Positions 35,501 to 48,296 of a DNA stretch of 64,000 nt are shown here, piece by piece. The stretch spans positions 2,480,001-2,544,000 of the forward strand of contig JAYWIR010000031.1 in NCBI GenBank assembly GCA_036172245.1, read 5' to 3'. Position 1 is the stretch's first letter. Each line of letters opens with the position of its first letter. This DNA comes from Raillietiella orientalis. Its lineage: Eukaryota. A program made the position numbers and the translations under genes. The notes beneath the pieces are model-generated. The model was not told where the DNA came from and searched no databases. It saw nothing but the letters and a program-made list of their open reading frames with translations.

Positions 35501-37599
35501 TTTAAGATCCAGGAACCCAATAGAAGGCAATGCGAAGATCGTCCCTAGTGGACGGGGAGGATTGATGGTTGTGGGGTGCCAAGAAGGGGAACGGATAGCT
35601 CGCAAAGAAGGGTTTGGCCCATTTTCCTTCCTCAGATTCCAGGACTCTGCTCTGAACTTTGAAGCAGGAGTATTTTTGCATGGTACTCTCAGAGCAAGCG
35701 TCTCTTGTAAAACGATTTGAACAAAAGTAATGCTTCTTCTTCGAAGGAATTGAGACTCTACGGTGATTCGTGTCACTTTCAGGAATTCAGGAAGTTCCAC
35801 AAAGAGGTTGAGAGATGACAAACGAAAATTTTTTTCCATGCATTACCGTGTTTCCATTTTGAGAAACCCTTCCAGGGATTGGGAAAGTAGTGCGAGTCCG
35901 CTTTTCGTTGGACCAATACATGTCGGCATCACTGATGGAGCCTTTTTTGAGGAAAATGGTGACTCGGGGATTTTTCTCTAGCGTTTCATACTTTTTTTAA
36001 GAAAAAAAAAAAAAAAAATCATAATTTATTGATTTCGACTTATGCTATAACTAGTTATAACTTGCAACCTGCTTAATCTGAATGTCAGCAACTGCCAGCT
36101 GACTAAGAATTGTGCCTCTCATAAACTCAGAAATGAAACACTCTGCAAATTCTTGACAAACGAGGTCTGGTGTGGCAGGTACTTGTTTCGAAAACCATTT
36201 CTTCTAACACAACGGGGACTTTCCCAACACCTACATTGAAATCTTTCAGAGATTCTACATAGTGTAGCTGAGGTTTTAAGTCCCTGATTTTGGTATTTCT
36301 CATTTGGATACAGCATCTTTCGATTCTTGTACTCCACAGCAGTTTTCGTGGGAAGGCCATGATAAGAAAACGCATACTCTTGCTGCCATCCGGAGCGGAC
36401 TTCGAAGGAGAAGGAATAAATGAAAGGAGGAGTTTCAAATGAAGTGGTATTCATGGTGAAAGTTTGCGAATGCTCCAAGAGGAAAGTCCAGACTTGCAAC
36501 AGCTTCAGAGACAGCTAAGAATTTGATACTTACATAGCTTCGTGTACTCTACGGTCAGAAGGGTAGTGGTACCAGAGCGAGGCTTGATCCTTGCTTCGGT
36601 CCGGGCAGACCTCTTCCTTCACCGCAAACTTGGGTTACTCGGAAACCGAAATTGTACACTGAAAGAGTGCTTCCGTGCAGAATCTTGCAGTTAGGCAAAA
36701 TGACGGACGATGTAGTGTGGACCTTCCTTTCTTTCGGAATGCCAAACTTCCTCGATATTCTTTTGTCTCGTTTTGCAGTAGCAAGTGTCCTGCAGAAACA
36801 AAATGAACACTTCATCTAAAGTGGTCGATTTACATCCTTCTTCTGCTTGCACTCTCCTCTGTCCCCAAGCAATGCCATTTTCTTCGCTCCCTATTCTTTC
36901 GTTCGAAAGCTTGGAACGATCAGATGTTCCGTCTCTCATTCCTGGCCTTAAAAATGTGGCTGCCAGGGAAAGCGACTTGCCACTCTTTCGACTGATCATT
37001 AACACTTCATTGCAGGAGAGTGAATTACGGATAAGATTCGCAATCCACCCCTCTTCGCAGCTATTTCACTTAACAGTTACCTTGCTGCGGTACCTCCGAT
37101 TATGATGGTACCTTGCATCACTTCGTGAAAGACTCAGGTGAATGATGTGCACAATCTCCCCTGAAAGTTCGAGACTTAGCATCTTGTAACAGCATTAAAC
37201 CTCAATATTTCTTCAGAAACCTCAAAAGATAGGCGCATCTTGAGAATCCAATTCGACACTTCCCTGGAGTTTGGCATTCGTTTATAACATCCGCATTTTC
37301 CATACCCTGTCAAGTTTATCGTCATCGCTCACCTTCTCGACACGATCTTCTTCCTAGTAACATTAGCCATTATAGATTCTCAGTGGTGCCCTTGTTTCTC
37401 CTTATGAAGACGAGTCCAGTCATTTCTCCATTCAGGTTGGATGCTTACGTGTTCAGCAAACGTCATCCATGTTGAGGTGTGGCTGCCCCACCTTTCCTCA
37501 TTCCTCTTCCCAATCTGCAGTTCGAGGCAACCGAATTGAATCCTCCGATTGCTACAGAGTTTGTTTTATTTATCAGCGAGTAACCTGTTTTCTCCTTTA

Positions 37600-38150
37600 G
37601 CTGGTTGTCAGGACCGGTCGCCGAAGTCCCAGCTTATCCAGCGCATATCCAGGTGGTCCGCGCAGCGCCTCCGGCAAGCAGGCATTCCAGTTCACTGGGC
37701 GGCAAGCAGGTGGGAATGCGACGATGGGTCGAAACGGAGTAGTCTGAAAGGTCCGCAACTGAGTAGAGAGCCACCATGTCTTTTCCCAATGCAAGGGAAG
37801 GCAAGCAGGAAAAAGGAACAGAAGGTGTGCGAAGCTCAATTCTGCTTGGGCGGGGTCGATGAAGAGGAACGACAACTTCCTCTCCTGCTCCTCGACCTGG
37901 TCACTCCCGTCTGACCTCTCCCGAGGATGCACTGACGAGTCCCTATGAATGCTTCTGAAAACGATCGTACGGATCCCAAATGACACTCCCAGAGATGATT
38001 TCCGGTTCTACTTGGCCCTGCATGCAGCCGAATCATGCCCAAGCAGCATCACTTTGCTGCATCTGCAAGACTGTGGAGTCCTAGAGCCACGCCAGAGGGG
38101 GGGGGGGGGGAAACGACTAGGACGCATCCACTTCACCCTACGTTTTTGAA
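37600..38150 (-). mobile_element. Possible gag zinc-knuckle remnant
   Basis: CRCSKVMLLGHDSAAC resembles CX2CX4HX4C; weak support. Confidence 0.3.
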
Positions 38151-38329
38151 GGAGGGCACCAAGATTGCACTACTTGAATTCTACGTAGCGAGAAGAGAGA
38201 ATTACCAGCATCCCGATAGAAGATGGAGCACAGCTCCCAGCAGAACGTGATCCCCTCCTGCATTCTCTCAAGTTTATTTTTATTCATTTTCTTGTTTTTT
38301 TCCTTTTTTCTTTTTGTTTGAGCCTCCCC

Positions 38330-39930
38330 TCTGCTTCCGAGCTGAAGCTCGAAGGTCAGCGCACCCGCAATCAAGTAGCATCCATGAGAAATGAACGTGG
38401 TTGGACCACCATTCCAACCACACAGATTGCAAGTGTGTATTTTTCTAAAAGCAACAGCCCGACGCACTCGGGTGGAAAACCATTCTCACAGCACTCACCC
38501 TTCTCGCCCAAGAGATATAAAAAAAGGAATCCTCCAGAGAGCCCACGATGAACGCGGGATCTTTGCTTTGCTTTCCGTCTTTTCCTAGCTGTAGGGCTAC
38601 GCCCTCGTATTTTCCTTCTTCGATCTTCTTTGCTGTGCTGAACGTTTTCTTTCCATTTTCGTGGGGGCAAGAGACGTCGAGCGCACGTTTCCAGTTTCCT
38701 TTTCCCATGAACAGATTTGGTTTTGGGGTGAAGATTGTTCTTGGTACTCTCTGGTTTCTTGGCTCAAGACTCCAGTTTGCTCCATCCACTGCAGTCTTCT
38801 GAGGATCCGAGCCACGTCGTGGCCTGCGATGGAGAGAGGAACGAGTCCCTTGCATCTGTTTAGTATGTAGGACAATGTTCCGCAAAGCCGACATATGCGT
38901 TCTTCTGGTTTCCTCTTAACCCGGCGTTGTTTGGTGCTACATTGAGTTTCACTGCGTGAATAAATTTCTAATCCTGGAATCTCATGTGGTATCCATTAGT
39001 GTGGAAAAAGCTTGAAGCGTGATGCATGCCTACGCACTGAACGGCTTTCCTTTGACTAATGTGATTTTGGATCAAAAGATGCAAGACGTGTTCCCTATAC
39101 AGTATACTCACGACGAAGGTAAACCTTCTTCTCGTGCCGCTGGTGAAGATGAGGCTCTCGCCCGTTATACTCACTTCTCCTTCTTTGAAATTCACTGTCC
39201 TTTTCTTCTTCTGGAGGCCTTTCCTCCTTTCGTCCAATGGTTCTTTAGGTTGTTTCCGTATTTTGTTTTATTTCTATATGTAATCGCCGTCAAGAATTAC
39301 CGAGATTTTTATCTTTGGGGGCTTTGGGGATTCTTTTTGAACCACTTGCCTAGAGTGTCATGAGCTAACCTTTTTACTGCATTGTCCGGCAAGGTGAGCA
39401 TCTTGAAGCAGCTGTCCAAGCTAAACATGACCGACCCGTTAGCTACCTTATTCAGTCCTACGCAGCCTTTGCTTTCTTCTCCGTAGAGGTATTCATTGGC
39501 TGCCCAGGATGGGGGATGCAAGACCTTGTCTTGGCGTCATATTTCCATCTATTTAGTGCCACACTTTCTTTCGGAGAGTTTCCAGTCTCTCGTAGAGGGC
39601 TAGGCAAGAGAAGAAATAAGTTGTGATTGCATCCATCTTCTGCCATCCCGATAGTTTACTATCTAAGATGGCACTCGCTTTCTGGCAAATGTCCTCCTTG
39701 GACGGACGCAGGTGAAATACCTCAACATCGATGTGTTTCCCTAGGTAACTGCATGTCTCTGATGGGGCATTACACGAGATTTTCCCTTTTTTCACCTCAA
39801 TGTGGATTTCTGTTGGTCGTTTCGGAACTTTCCCGCTGGCTTTTTTTTCAAGAAAAGGTCTGTCAAACATCCGGTTCAGAATGAAGGAGCTGGGAGGCTG
39901 CAATCTGACAACCGACAGAACATGGTGTCC
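38330..39930 (-). mobile_element. 3' half of a second, divergent NeSL/Utopia-type retrotransposon (degenerate)
   Basis: SYLGKH..ILDSKLSGWQKMDAI, NEYLYGEESKGCVGL, MRFQD*KFIHA, CRLC..LSYILNRC..GHD, DVSCPHEN..GKY..FIVGSL, collinear with the 27126-28633 translations. Confidence 0.85.
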
Positions 39931-40115
39931 TTGTAAGTGCTATTCATTATAATACTTTGAGAAGAAAGCCAAGAAGAAAACACCCAAGAAGCAGCGGTGA
40001 AGAAAGAAGATGAGAGGGAAGAAAACACGTCAGTAGCAATAGTACCCAGGAGCAGTAGGTTGGCGGAGCGGGAGCTCCTCTGCGTGCAAGCGTCTTTTGC
40101 GATGTCAGGGCGAGC

Positions 40116-40410
40116 GTGCCGAATGCGATCGGGAACGGAGCGAACGGAAGGAAGGGGACTCTGTGTGGGTGTTCGGACTCCTTGCTTCCACAGCTAGCAC
40201 CGACAGAACCAAAACACTCCAACCTTAACGTAGACCAAGGATGCCTACTTAATGGTGACGGCAGCTCCTCGTCGAATGCCAAAAATTCCAATCCGTTGTC
40301 AGATCGTTCCACGTGGAAACCATGTTGGCGGTCGTCCTGACTATAACATCGTTCTTGTGATGAAGGAGACCGGAAGTTTATCACCCGGTCACGCCGGGCG
40401 TTTATTAAAT
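40116..40410 (+). mobile_element. Possible BEL/Pao LTR retrotransposon integrase C-terminal remnant
   Basis: LLPQL..PK.SNLNVDQGCLL followed, after a frameshift, by ..HVGGRPD..IVLVMKETGSL; a purine-rich tract follows. Confidence 0.35.
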
Positions 40411-43400
40411 AAACAAGTCGGGAACAAAGTCCGCGAGCAAAAGAAGAAAGAAACTTGGGAAAAGGCCGGGAAAACGGAAATTCCGGAACAGGGGAAGAAC
40501 AGGAGGACAACAACAACAAAAAACAAAATAAAACGGGAACGAAGGGGTACGGATCTTTGGTGAAGCTCCGCAATCACCGGAATATAAACAAAAAGCACCA
40601 AGAAAGTTACGGAGCGTAAGGGAACGGAGGATTGGAAAAAAGTAAACAAAGGGAGAGAGTGGACAAGGATCACCAAATTCGCCTTCCAAACCGTCCATCA
40701 ACCGGCGGTGGATGTCGATGATCTCCACTTTTGCTCCTTCTGTCAGGCGAGGCCACCTGGCAGCCGCCCCAATGTGAGTGGCTGCGCATCTCCGTAGAAC
40801 AGTGCGTGCAGGAGCTCACAACGGGCAAGTCCACAGCTTGGCTCACATTCGTAAGTACACTTGCAGTCTCATTCTGCCCAACGTCAGGATGCCAAAGCTG
40901 GCATCCCGATGTGGAGCCACCAAGCCTTTGAGGTGGATCCTCGACCCCGCAGGTCCCCACCGCAAGTCCACGAACGGGAAGACCGCGTCGCCGAAGGCCA
41001 GTCGTCCATCTTGAGGAAGCCTCAGCTTTCCTTGCTCGCTCGGACGAGCGCGTGGCTAGCGCGCCTGCGTGCTCCGTTGTCCGATCTAGCAGCCACAGCC
41101 TTCTTATACTTCCGAGTTAGTACAGCAAAATGAACAGTTTATGTCCATCACTGATGAATTTCCACGCAGCATATGCAACCAAGTGAGAACTTTCCGGGAA
41201 CTTTCCTTCTTGCTCGAACGCAAACTGCTAAGCAGACAAAAGTTCCAATTTCCGATTGACGGTGGATTCTTGGTCGGTCGGTGGCACCCCAAATGGGATT
41301 CGGAACATTGAAGTGGATTCTGGCGTCAGTTGGAAATTCACGACAACATTGAGCACCGTTTGGAAATTGTTATAGCAAGTTGGAGGGAAAAGGCTTCCTT
41401 CTTCTCAGGCACGTAGTCGTCAGAAAAGAATTTCCAAACGTTCCGAACGTTAGAAGTCTTTCTGGGAGAAAGAGGAATGTCAAGGGAGATTTCATCATAG
41501 GGATTAAGAACGGAAACCTCTCAGGATGGATGGAATAATACACTGGTAGATGAAAAGAACACCTTTCTGAGGCATAAAATTTCGACTTGGGATATGCCCA
41601 AATGCTCGTCGTTCGTAATTCTCTTGACTTTCCTTCCTAATAAGGAAGTGGTCGAATGAGTAACGGCAGAACAGCATGGCCAAGCAAACTCCAGCGTGTG
41701 GAACTTCCGGGTGACAACAACTTTCGGCAAGGACCTTTTCCCTTTTTCATCCTACAGGCCGCCTGCTGCAATCGCAAAGCAACGTGGAATTTCAAACACT
41801 GCCCGAGTGCCTGGAACTTCCCTGACATGCGACTTCTTCTCCAGTATTCCCTTTGAAAAGATGGTTTCTTTTGCAGTGCAATTTTGGCAGCTTTAGTCAT
41901 CGAATCATAATTTGTTCGCAAAGCAAGTCCAGGGCTTGTGTGATTCTTCTAAGTAAGAATATCGGAGAGCAGCTTCTCCTCCTATTCAAACCTTCATCGA
42001 ATTTTAAAATTTGCATTTGTTTGACGCAGGGCAGCAGTATTTCATGATTAATCAATAACTCTGTGTCAGAAAGAAGACAGCGTTCTTTCTATTTTGCTTC
42101 CAAAGCCATGTGTTGGCATGTGGGGCTGGTCTCCTATGTAGATGGAACTTTTCAGCCGTCGATGCAAATGATATGTGCACCCCTCTTCGTTTATTCTCTA
42201 ACAAATTCCCATCGTAGGCAGCAGTATGGAACGAAGTACTTTTTCCAAGTCAATTTCCAAACCAGACATTGGTTGCGATTCTTGCAAGGTCCACCGGAAG
42301 ATGACTGCAAATAGGATATTAGCATTCCGGACCCTGAAGGTCCATCTGCTAGGAAGATTTCGTTTTCAGTTACTAATTTCTCCATCAGGTGAGCCATCAC
42401 CGGGAGAAGGCATTGGATCGAGAAAGGGGAGGTCATGTGGAGATTGGTAATCCGAGCTTTGGTTTGCAACCTCGCAACGTATTTCCCTCGACTGCTGTGT
42501 GTTCTTTGGCTGTCCTTCACAAAAGTCGCCTTTCAACGCGTGTTGAGTTCAGACTTCAAATCTATGCCGTTTTCATGTTTGAATGCGAAAGCATCGATTT
42601 TTCTAATTAAGTCGGAGTCAGATGTGCAGCCTGTTGAAAATATCTTCCCGTTTTCCGGTTCCTTCTCGTATCTTAATGCAACTTGATATCTGTCTTGCCG
42701 AAACTGCCGCTGATTCTTCGCAGGATTTCTTGAAAGTTGTCCGTTCAAATTCATGTTCGCGATGTAGAATCACTACGAATCCTATCTTCATGCTAATCTT
42801 CAAAGAACCCAAGTAACGATTATACAGTAGTGAGTAACATAAGTTTCGTCAACACACTCGTGTGCTAATCCAATAACCAGTCAACATTTTCTTAAAGAAT
42901 CGAACGAATCAATAGCTTTCTTAATTGATGACAAGATTGAAGCATCTCGACATAAGTCATGCTGCTCCTATTTTTGTTTGGATATGTAAGAAACGGAAAG
43001 AATATTTCAATGGATGTGTGTGATGTTTGTATTCTGCCGTGTGTGATTCTGTGTGTGATGTAGGGTTTGGAGCATGGTGGTTACACCAGATAGATTTTAT
43101 TAAATTCTATGTAATATGTATGGAATACGTTTTCAACAATTTATTATGGAACCAATTCAATAATGAATTGTTGAAAACTTCATGAAAACTGAATCATACA
43201 AGAAGATGTGAAATGAAAAAGTTTTAGCTCCATTTCCAAGGATAGCTGCCATGTTGAGTGAGGGCAGTTTTCATCACACTTCCTATAGACACAATGAGGA
43301 AACTGCAGTGCCCTCTGGATATACTTGGGAGTGTCTTTCGGCTAGAACAACTTGCAGCAGACTTCAGAAGTAGGATCTGGGAGAGGCACAAGACAACAAC

Positions 43401-43959
43401 TATCCTTCCAAGCAGATTCCTGCAGCAAAGTGAATCCCTCACTGGGAGCTCAGATAGTAGGGGGGTGAAAACTTACTGATTGGAACCAGAATAAATCACA
43501 GTCCTCTAGGCTTTAAAGAAAGGGGCCGTGATGTATAGCTACAGCTATCCAGCTGGATGTGATGCCATTCTTAAGCAGGTAGCACTGCTTGGAGAAAGGC
43601 TAAGTGGTCACTTTAGACATGCAACACTTCCTAGAGCAATTCCAAGACCACTTGCTCATAAAAAGAATTTCGGAAAAGCAGTTTGAATGCAATTTCGTCC
43701 ACCCTTGAATTGTGTTAAGAGCAAACATAATGGCCACTTTGAATCAAAGCTTTGGATTTGAAGTGTCCAATAGGTTTGTTGAACCAAGAGCAGAAGTTGC
43801 TGAAAGCTAGTTCCTAGAATAGTCAATTTCTTCAATCATGTCCTTAAGTGTTGTCACTCTTAAAGTTGTAACTCTCAATCTCAGCAAACGAGAGTCCATA
43901 TGCAACTTGCAGGATTGCTCCCCTAAGGATGAGTGAAGACCCCACCAAGTGAAGTGGTC

Positions 43960-45870
43960 TTCACTCATCCCCCATGCCATCTGACAATTACGTCGCAATA
44001 ACATTGTTTCCAGCATGGGGAGTAAAACAGACATATGATTTTGTGCAGCAGGTAGTGCTAACATGGCATAAGATACTTCAGCAAATTTAGAAGGGTCCAC
44101 TGCAAGTGCTTCTCCTGGACCACACAGTATTTGAAAAGCAGCTTGTATGCAATGCACTTGTTGGACAAAAGGCAAGGAATTGGTATTAAGCATCACATGC
44201 AATACATTTAACAGATCATTCAAGTATTCTATGTCGATGAGATGAGAAAATCTATGGCAAAGAAAAAAACTATTGTTAGAAATAACAAAATTTGTAAATT
44301 ACTTGGCAAGCCCTTCTAAAGTAGGACCCAACAATCGATTTCCTTGAGGACCTTTAAGCACACGAAAATATATGGTGAAAATTTGGTGAAGTAGCTCTGT
44401 CTGTTGTTTCAAGAAATGCCTGTGATCCTCTTCTGTTTGGGCAACTTGTACTTCTCTTTGAATACATGCATGTTGTTTTTTAAGCTGAAGGAGAAAGCAA
44501 ATACTGAACCCAAGAACGAAATCTGTACTACGAAAAATCACAAACCATAAAATTGTGTCAAAATCAATTGTATCAGAATAACTATAAAAAATCTTCTCAC
44601 TACCTTTTTTTCTTTACAGGAAAGAAATTCTCTCTTGACAAGTGCTTCCTTTTTAGCATTTTGGATCAGAAATTCTGAGAAGTGCAAAGACAATAAAAGG
44701 CTCAAAACCTGGGGACGAACACGCTCCTTTTTGCAGCGAATGTACTGGCAAATTTTACGAACCACCTGTGCAGAGGGCTACAGTTAGATACCAATGTATC
44801 ACAATGCTGCTCTTTCTTACTTGCAGAACTAGATCAGCTTCACAATTCTCTGATAAGAGCTTCTGAAATACACTGCTTACTCGAGTAGAAATCCCTTCCA
44901 CAGAAGAGTTAACAAACACAATAAGACAGGTAGCAATGCTGGGAGCCAGGTTAAAATGAGGATTGGCAAGTAGCAGTTGACCCATACAATCTAATGATAG
45001 CATGCCTAGCTTTTTCAGTGCAGGCATACAGTGTTTGTCATGAAGCAGCCTTGCCCATTTTTCCAATTGCAACAAATATACTTGATACTGGGATAACAAA
45101 GTGTGCTCATAGGCCTGTATCTTCTTCGTTTCCTTCCTTACTATATCATAATGACATAACATCCGCACATTCTGATCTTACATTTTCGTTTTCTGGAATA
45201 TTTTTTTGAAAGCATAATTTGTATCCTGGAATGACATCTTTGAAGACCTCCAGCAAAGATAAAGCAACCAATTTTTTTATGACAAGACCACCTTCCTTGG
45301 AATTTAATTGCTGCACCAAAAAAATCAAATTTTGTATCTAAATAACAAATTTATCCAATCAATCCATGCAACATATTATTACCTTTTCTTCAGGGTTTTG
45401 CAGGAAGCTCAAAGCAGCAGCCCCTATTTTCGTTCGTAAACGTTCCGCTTCCTTTTTCTGCAGAGCATACAATGTCACCAGAGAAACATCTCTTGCCTCC
45501 TCTACACATGATTTCTTTGGAGGACTTTCACAGGCTGATGGGATTATTGGACGTTTGGAAGTTTGATAATCGTACTTACCATCTGCTCATCTAAAGTTAC
45601 GCTTTAGGGTTCCAGCATAAGTTTTGGTTGGGAGCAGTTCCTGTACCTCTACTTCTTCAACATTCTCATCATACCTTTCTAATAAAAATTGGCTTCCTGT
45701 TCTTAATATCTCATTATCTTCCTCTACGTGGCATTGCAATTGTTGAAATTTTTGTTTGGAAAGTCTTACCTGAGAGAAATTTCATGTTGAAGGTTTTCGT
45801 TTTGCATGCTTCCTGGTTTCGCGATGCTTATGGTTCAACTGAACTTTCACGATTACTCATCCTGGATTCA
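43960..45870 (-). pseudogene. NOC3: Intron-containing NOC3 (nucleolar complex protein 3) homolog, apparently disrupted and 3'-truncated
   Basis: KKLVALSLLEVFKDVIPGYK, RKETKKIQAYEHTLLSQY, LLLANPHFN, QTELLHQIFTIYFRVLK..LLGPTLEGLAK|FSHLIDIEYLNDLL..AFQIL.GPGEAL.VDP. Phase mismatch across the 45181-45141 intron, stops in the 5' exon, and similarity lost after ~43990. Confidence 0.8.
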
Positions 45871-46449
45871 CTGTAATTAAGTAATGAGTGAAATAAATGG
45901 CGCGCTACATCTTATGATTAGTATCCAGATGTATTTCAATGCTTAAGAAAATTTCCGCTTTCATATGAAATCTATGCTGTTTTGCATAATTTTTCTTCAA
46001 TACTTTCGATGTCTAAGTTAAAACTATGCACTGCTTCTTAAGTTTATTAACTTTTTGTAGTCTCTTACAAAAACTTTTCACACATCATGCATTTCGAAAT
46101 TCAAATCTCCACTTGGGAAGAGTGATGAGGGAAGTTCTCTTCTTGCTCCTAATTTGGTACTGCTTTTGATTTCTTTTGTCTTTTGTCCCTGAATCTGTCT
46201 ACTGTCTGTTGCCTGGTATCCTACTAGTGGTGTTCCTCTACGTACAAGGCTACATGAAAATTATGATTTAAAATAGAACTCAAATTGTGCTTGTAGTTTC
46301 GTTTTGCAACACGCCAACCAATGGTTTGACTCCATGAAAATGCTTTTTAGAAATTTTCCATTGCAACTGTCTACTAGGAAATAGTTATAGTACAAAATTA
46401 TCTTATATAATTTAAAGATGAGAACAATCTTGGAAATATAAAATTAGAA

Positions 46450-46482
46450 CTTGCCACGAAGGCTGCCTTCGTGGCAAGCTAG
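46450..46482. repeat. Perfect 14-bp palindrome followed by CTAG
   Basis: cttgccacgaaggc-t-gccttcgtggcaag-ctag. Confidence 0.9.
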
Positions 46483-48296
46483 AGTAAAACACAGTTGAAG
46501 TGCAAAAAAATAAATAAATAAAGCTGAAAGTCATTGTAAAAGCAAAAACTTTGTCTTATAAAACCTAAATTTAGTGTGAACTGAATCCCTAGTAGATGAA
46601 GCTATTTCAATAATAAGATATACTATAGACACCTGGTGGCATCCGTAGCCGCTGGCTCCCTGGACGCCAGACGTTACGGATCCATGAACCTGGTGGCGGT
46701 TGGAACCACGGTCTCGACGAGCGATTTACCACCGACACTCAAGATGACCTCTTGATGTTTTATCACGAAGGCATGCTGAGCGACACGAGGACGAGACACT
46801 GGTCAGGGAACGCGCAAGACGAAATGCGCAAGACCGATGGAGCCAGAGAAACACAACTCCACGTGCTCACCTGCCCGACGCTGAGCCGGGGCTGGGCCAA
46901 GCTGAAGGAGGTGACAGGCCTGCAGATGATGGACAAGATGGACATCCTGGAAGAGATGTTTGAAGGGAACAGCAACGTTCCTCCATACAACGCAATGGCC
47001 TGCATCACCATCGCCCTCTTTATCACGAGCATCGTGGTGAGAAGAGCAAATATGAGGACCCGAATGAACAGTATGCCAGCTGTGGAAATCCTGAAAGGTT
47101 TAGTGGAAAGGGAAATTGGGATCAGAAGCTGTTGACTTATTCCCACTTGGACATACTGTTACATCTTGCGAGGGATTCAGGAACGTTGTCTCATGAGTGA
47201 ATACCCACACAAAATGAGAGACTGGATTCCCTAAGACCTATCCCGAAAGTGAAAAACAGTGAAAACAGGTGACACTGACCAACGCATGTATGAATGAAAG
47301 TTGCAAATAAATCAATCCCCCCTGCAAGTCGGACTGGGGAAAAGGAAATCTTCCACCGAATTGATGGCCACTTGTGATTCCAAAGAAGGTGATTCAGTTG
47401 AATGCAACAAAAGTTGCTTATGGCTAAGGAAAACGAAGGGTCCACATTCCGACTTCATCGCAGTTTGTCCCGTGATATTTTACCTCAGTTTTTTCCATGG
47501 GCTAGGATCCCCTAGAAAGCTAGCTTAATCAGTTGAAAAGAAGGAACTCCTGACGATTATTTGAAAGCGCCAGTTTGAGAGGAAAAAAAAAAAGGAAATG
47601 AAAATTCCTCGTGGAACAGGTGCGAACCAGATAGAGCAGGGTAGCAGCAGAAACTCTCTTTGGTTTCTGTGCCAACTAAATGAGAATGGCTCGAAAAGGA
47701 TTTTTGCAACCAACTGGAAATGAATTTTTCACAACATCCATTTTCTGCTAAATGTGCAGACGAAAGAGAAAGAAATTCGATCTCTTTGGATTTAACCCAG
47801 GTTTGTTTGTTTGTTTTTTCTTCTGGCGAAGATGGAACAGAAATGACGACGAATCGGCTGATTCACAAATTATACCTGAAATACGAATTAAATTCTATGA
47901 AAGAACGTCACCGATTCTTTTTCTTTCCCCTTTCTGTTGAAGCCATCGACAAACCTAAAACATTTCCATTGCACATGCCTTTTTTTTTTTTTATTGTTTT
48001 TTCCAAAAATATGGAGATGGGGATACATTCTTGAGGATGTGCGTTTCCAGTTTTCTAAGATCACATGTGTGAGGAGGTCAGGCACCAACGCACAGAAGTG
48101 TTCTGGTTCTTTCGAATCGAAAGAGCTCCCGTGGATGGAACGAGGGAACGGTCCATCCTGACGCGAATCATATGAAAGCAATGCTGCGAGGGGAATGTTT
48201 ACGAAACAGACAAGTCAGAAAATCAGGAAACAGGAATCTTTTGCACAAGGCGGAAACACTAGGTTCGGTTCTTGGAAGAGGCAGCGAGTGCTCGAA

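Noticed and set aside
37925..37975. CTGACGAG..GAAA hammerhead-like core
   Set aside because: No stem II pairing and no matching stems I/III.
41150..43000. Possible transposase remnants (also 35900-37500 and 11200-12300)
   Set aside because: No diagnostic motif could be read; left unassigned.
46628..46700. Two cctggtggc (CTCF-like) motifs and the ORF at 46752-47135
   Set aside because: The motifs are too short to be significant and the ORF has no recognisable domain.
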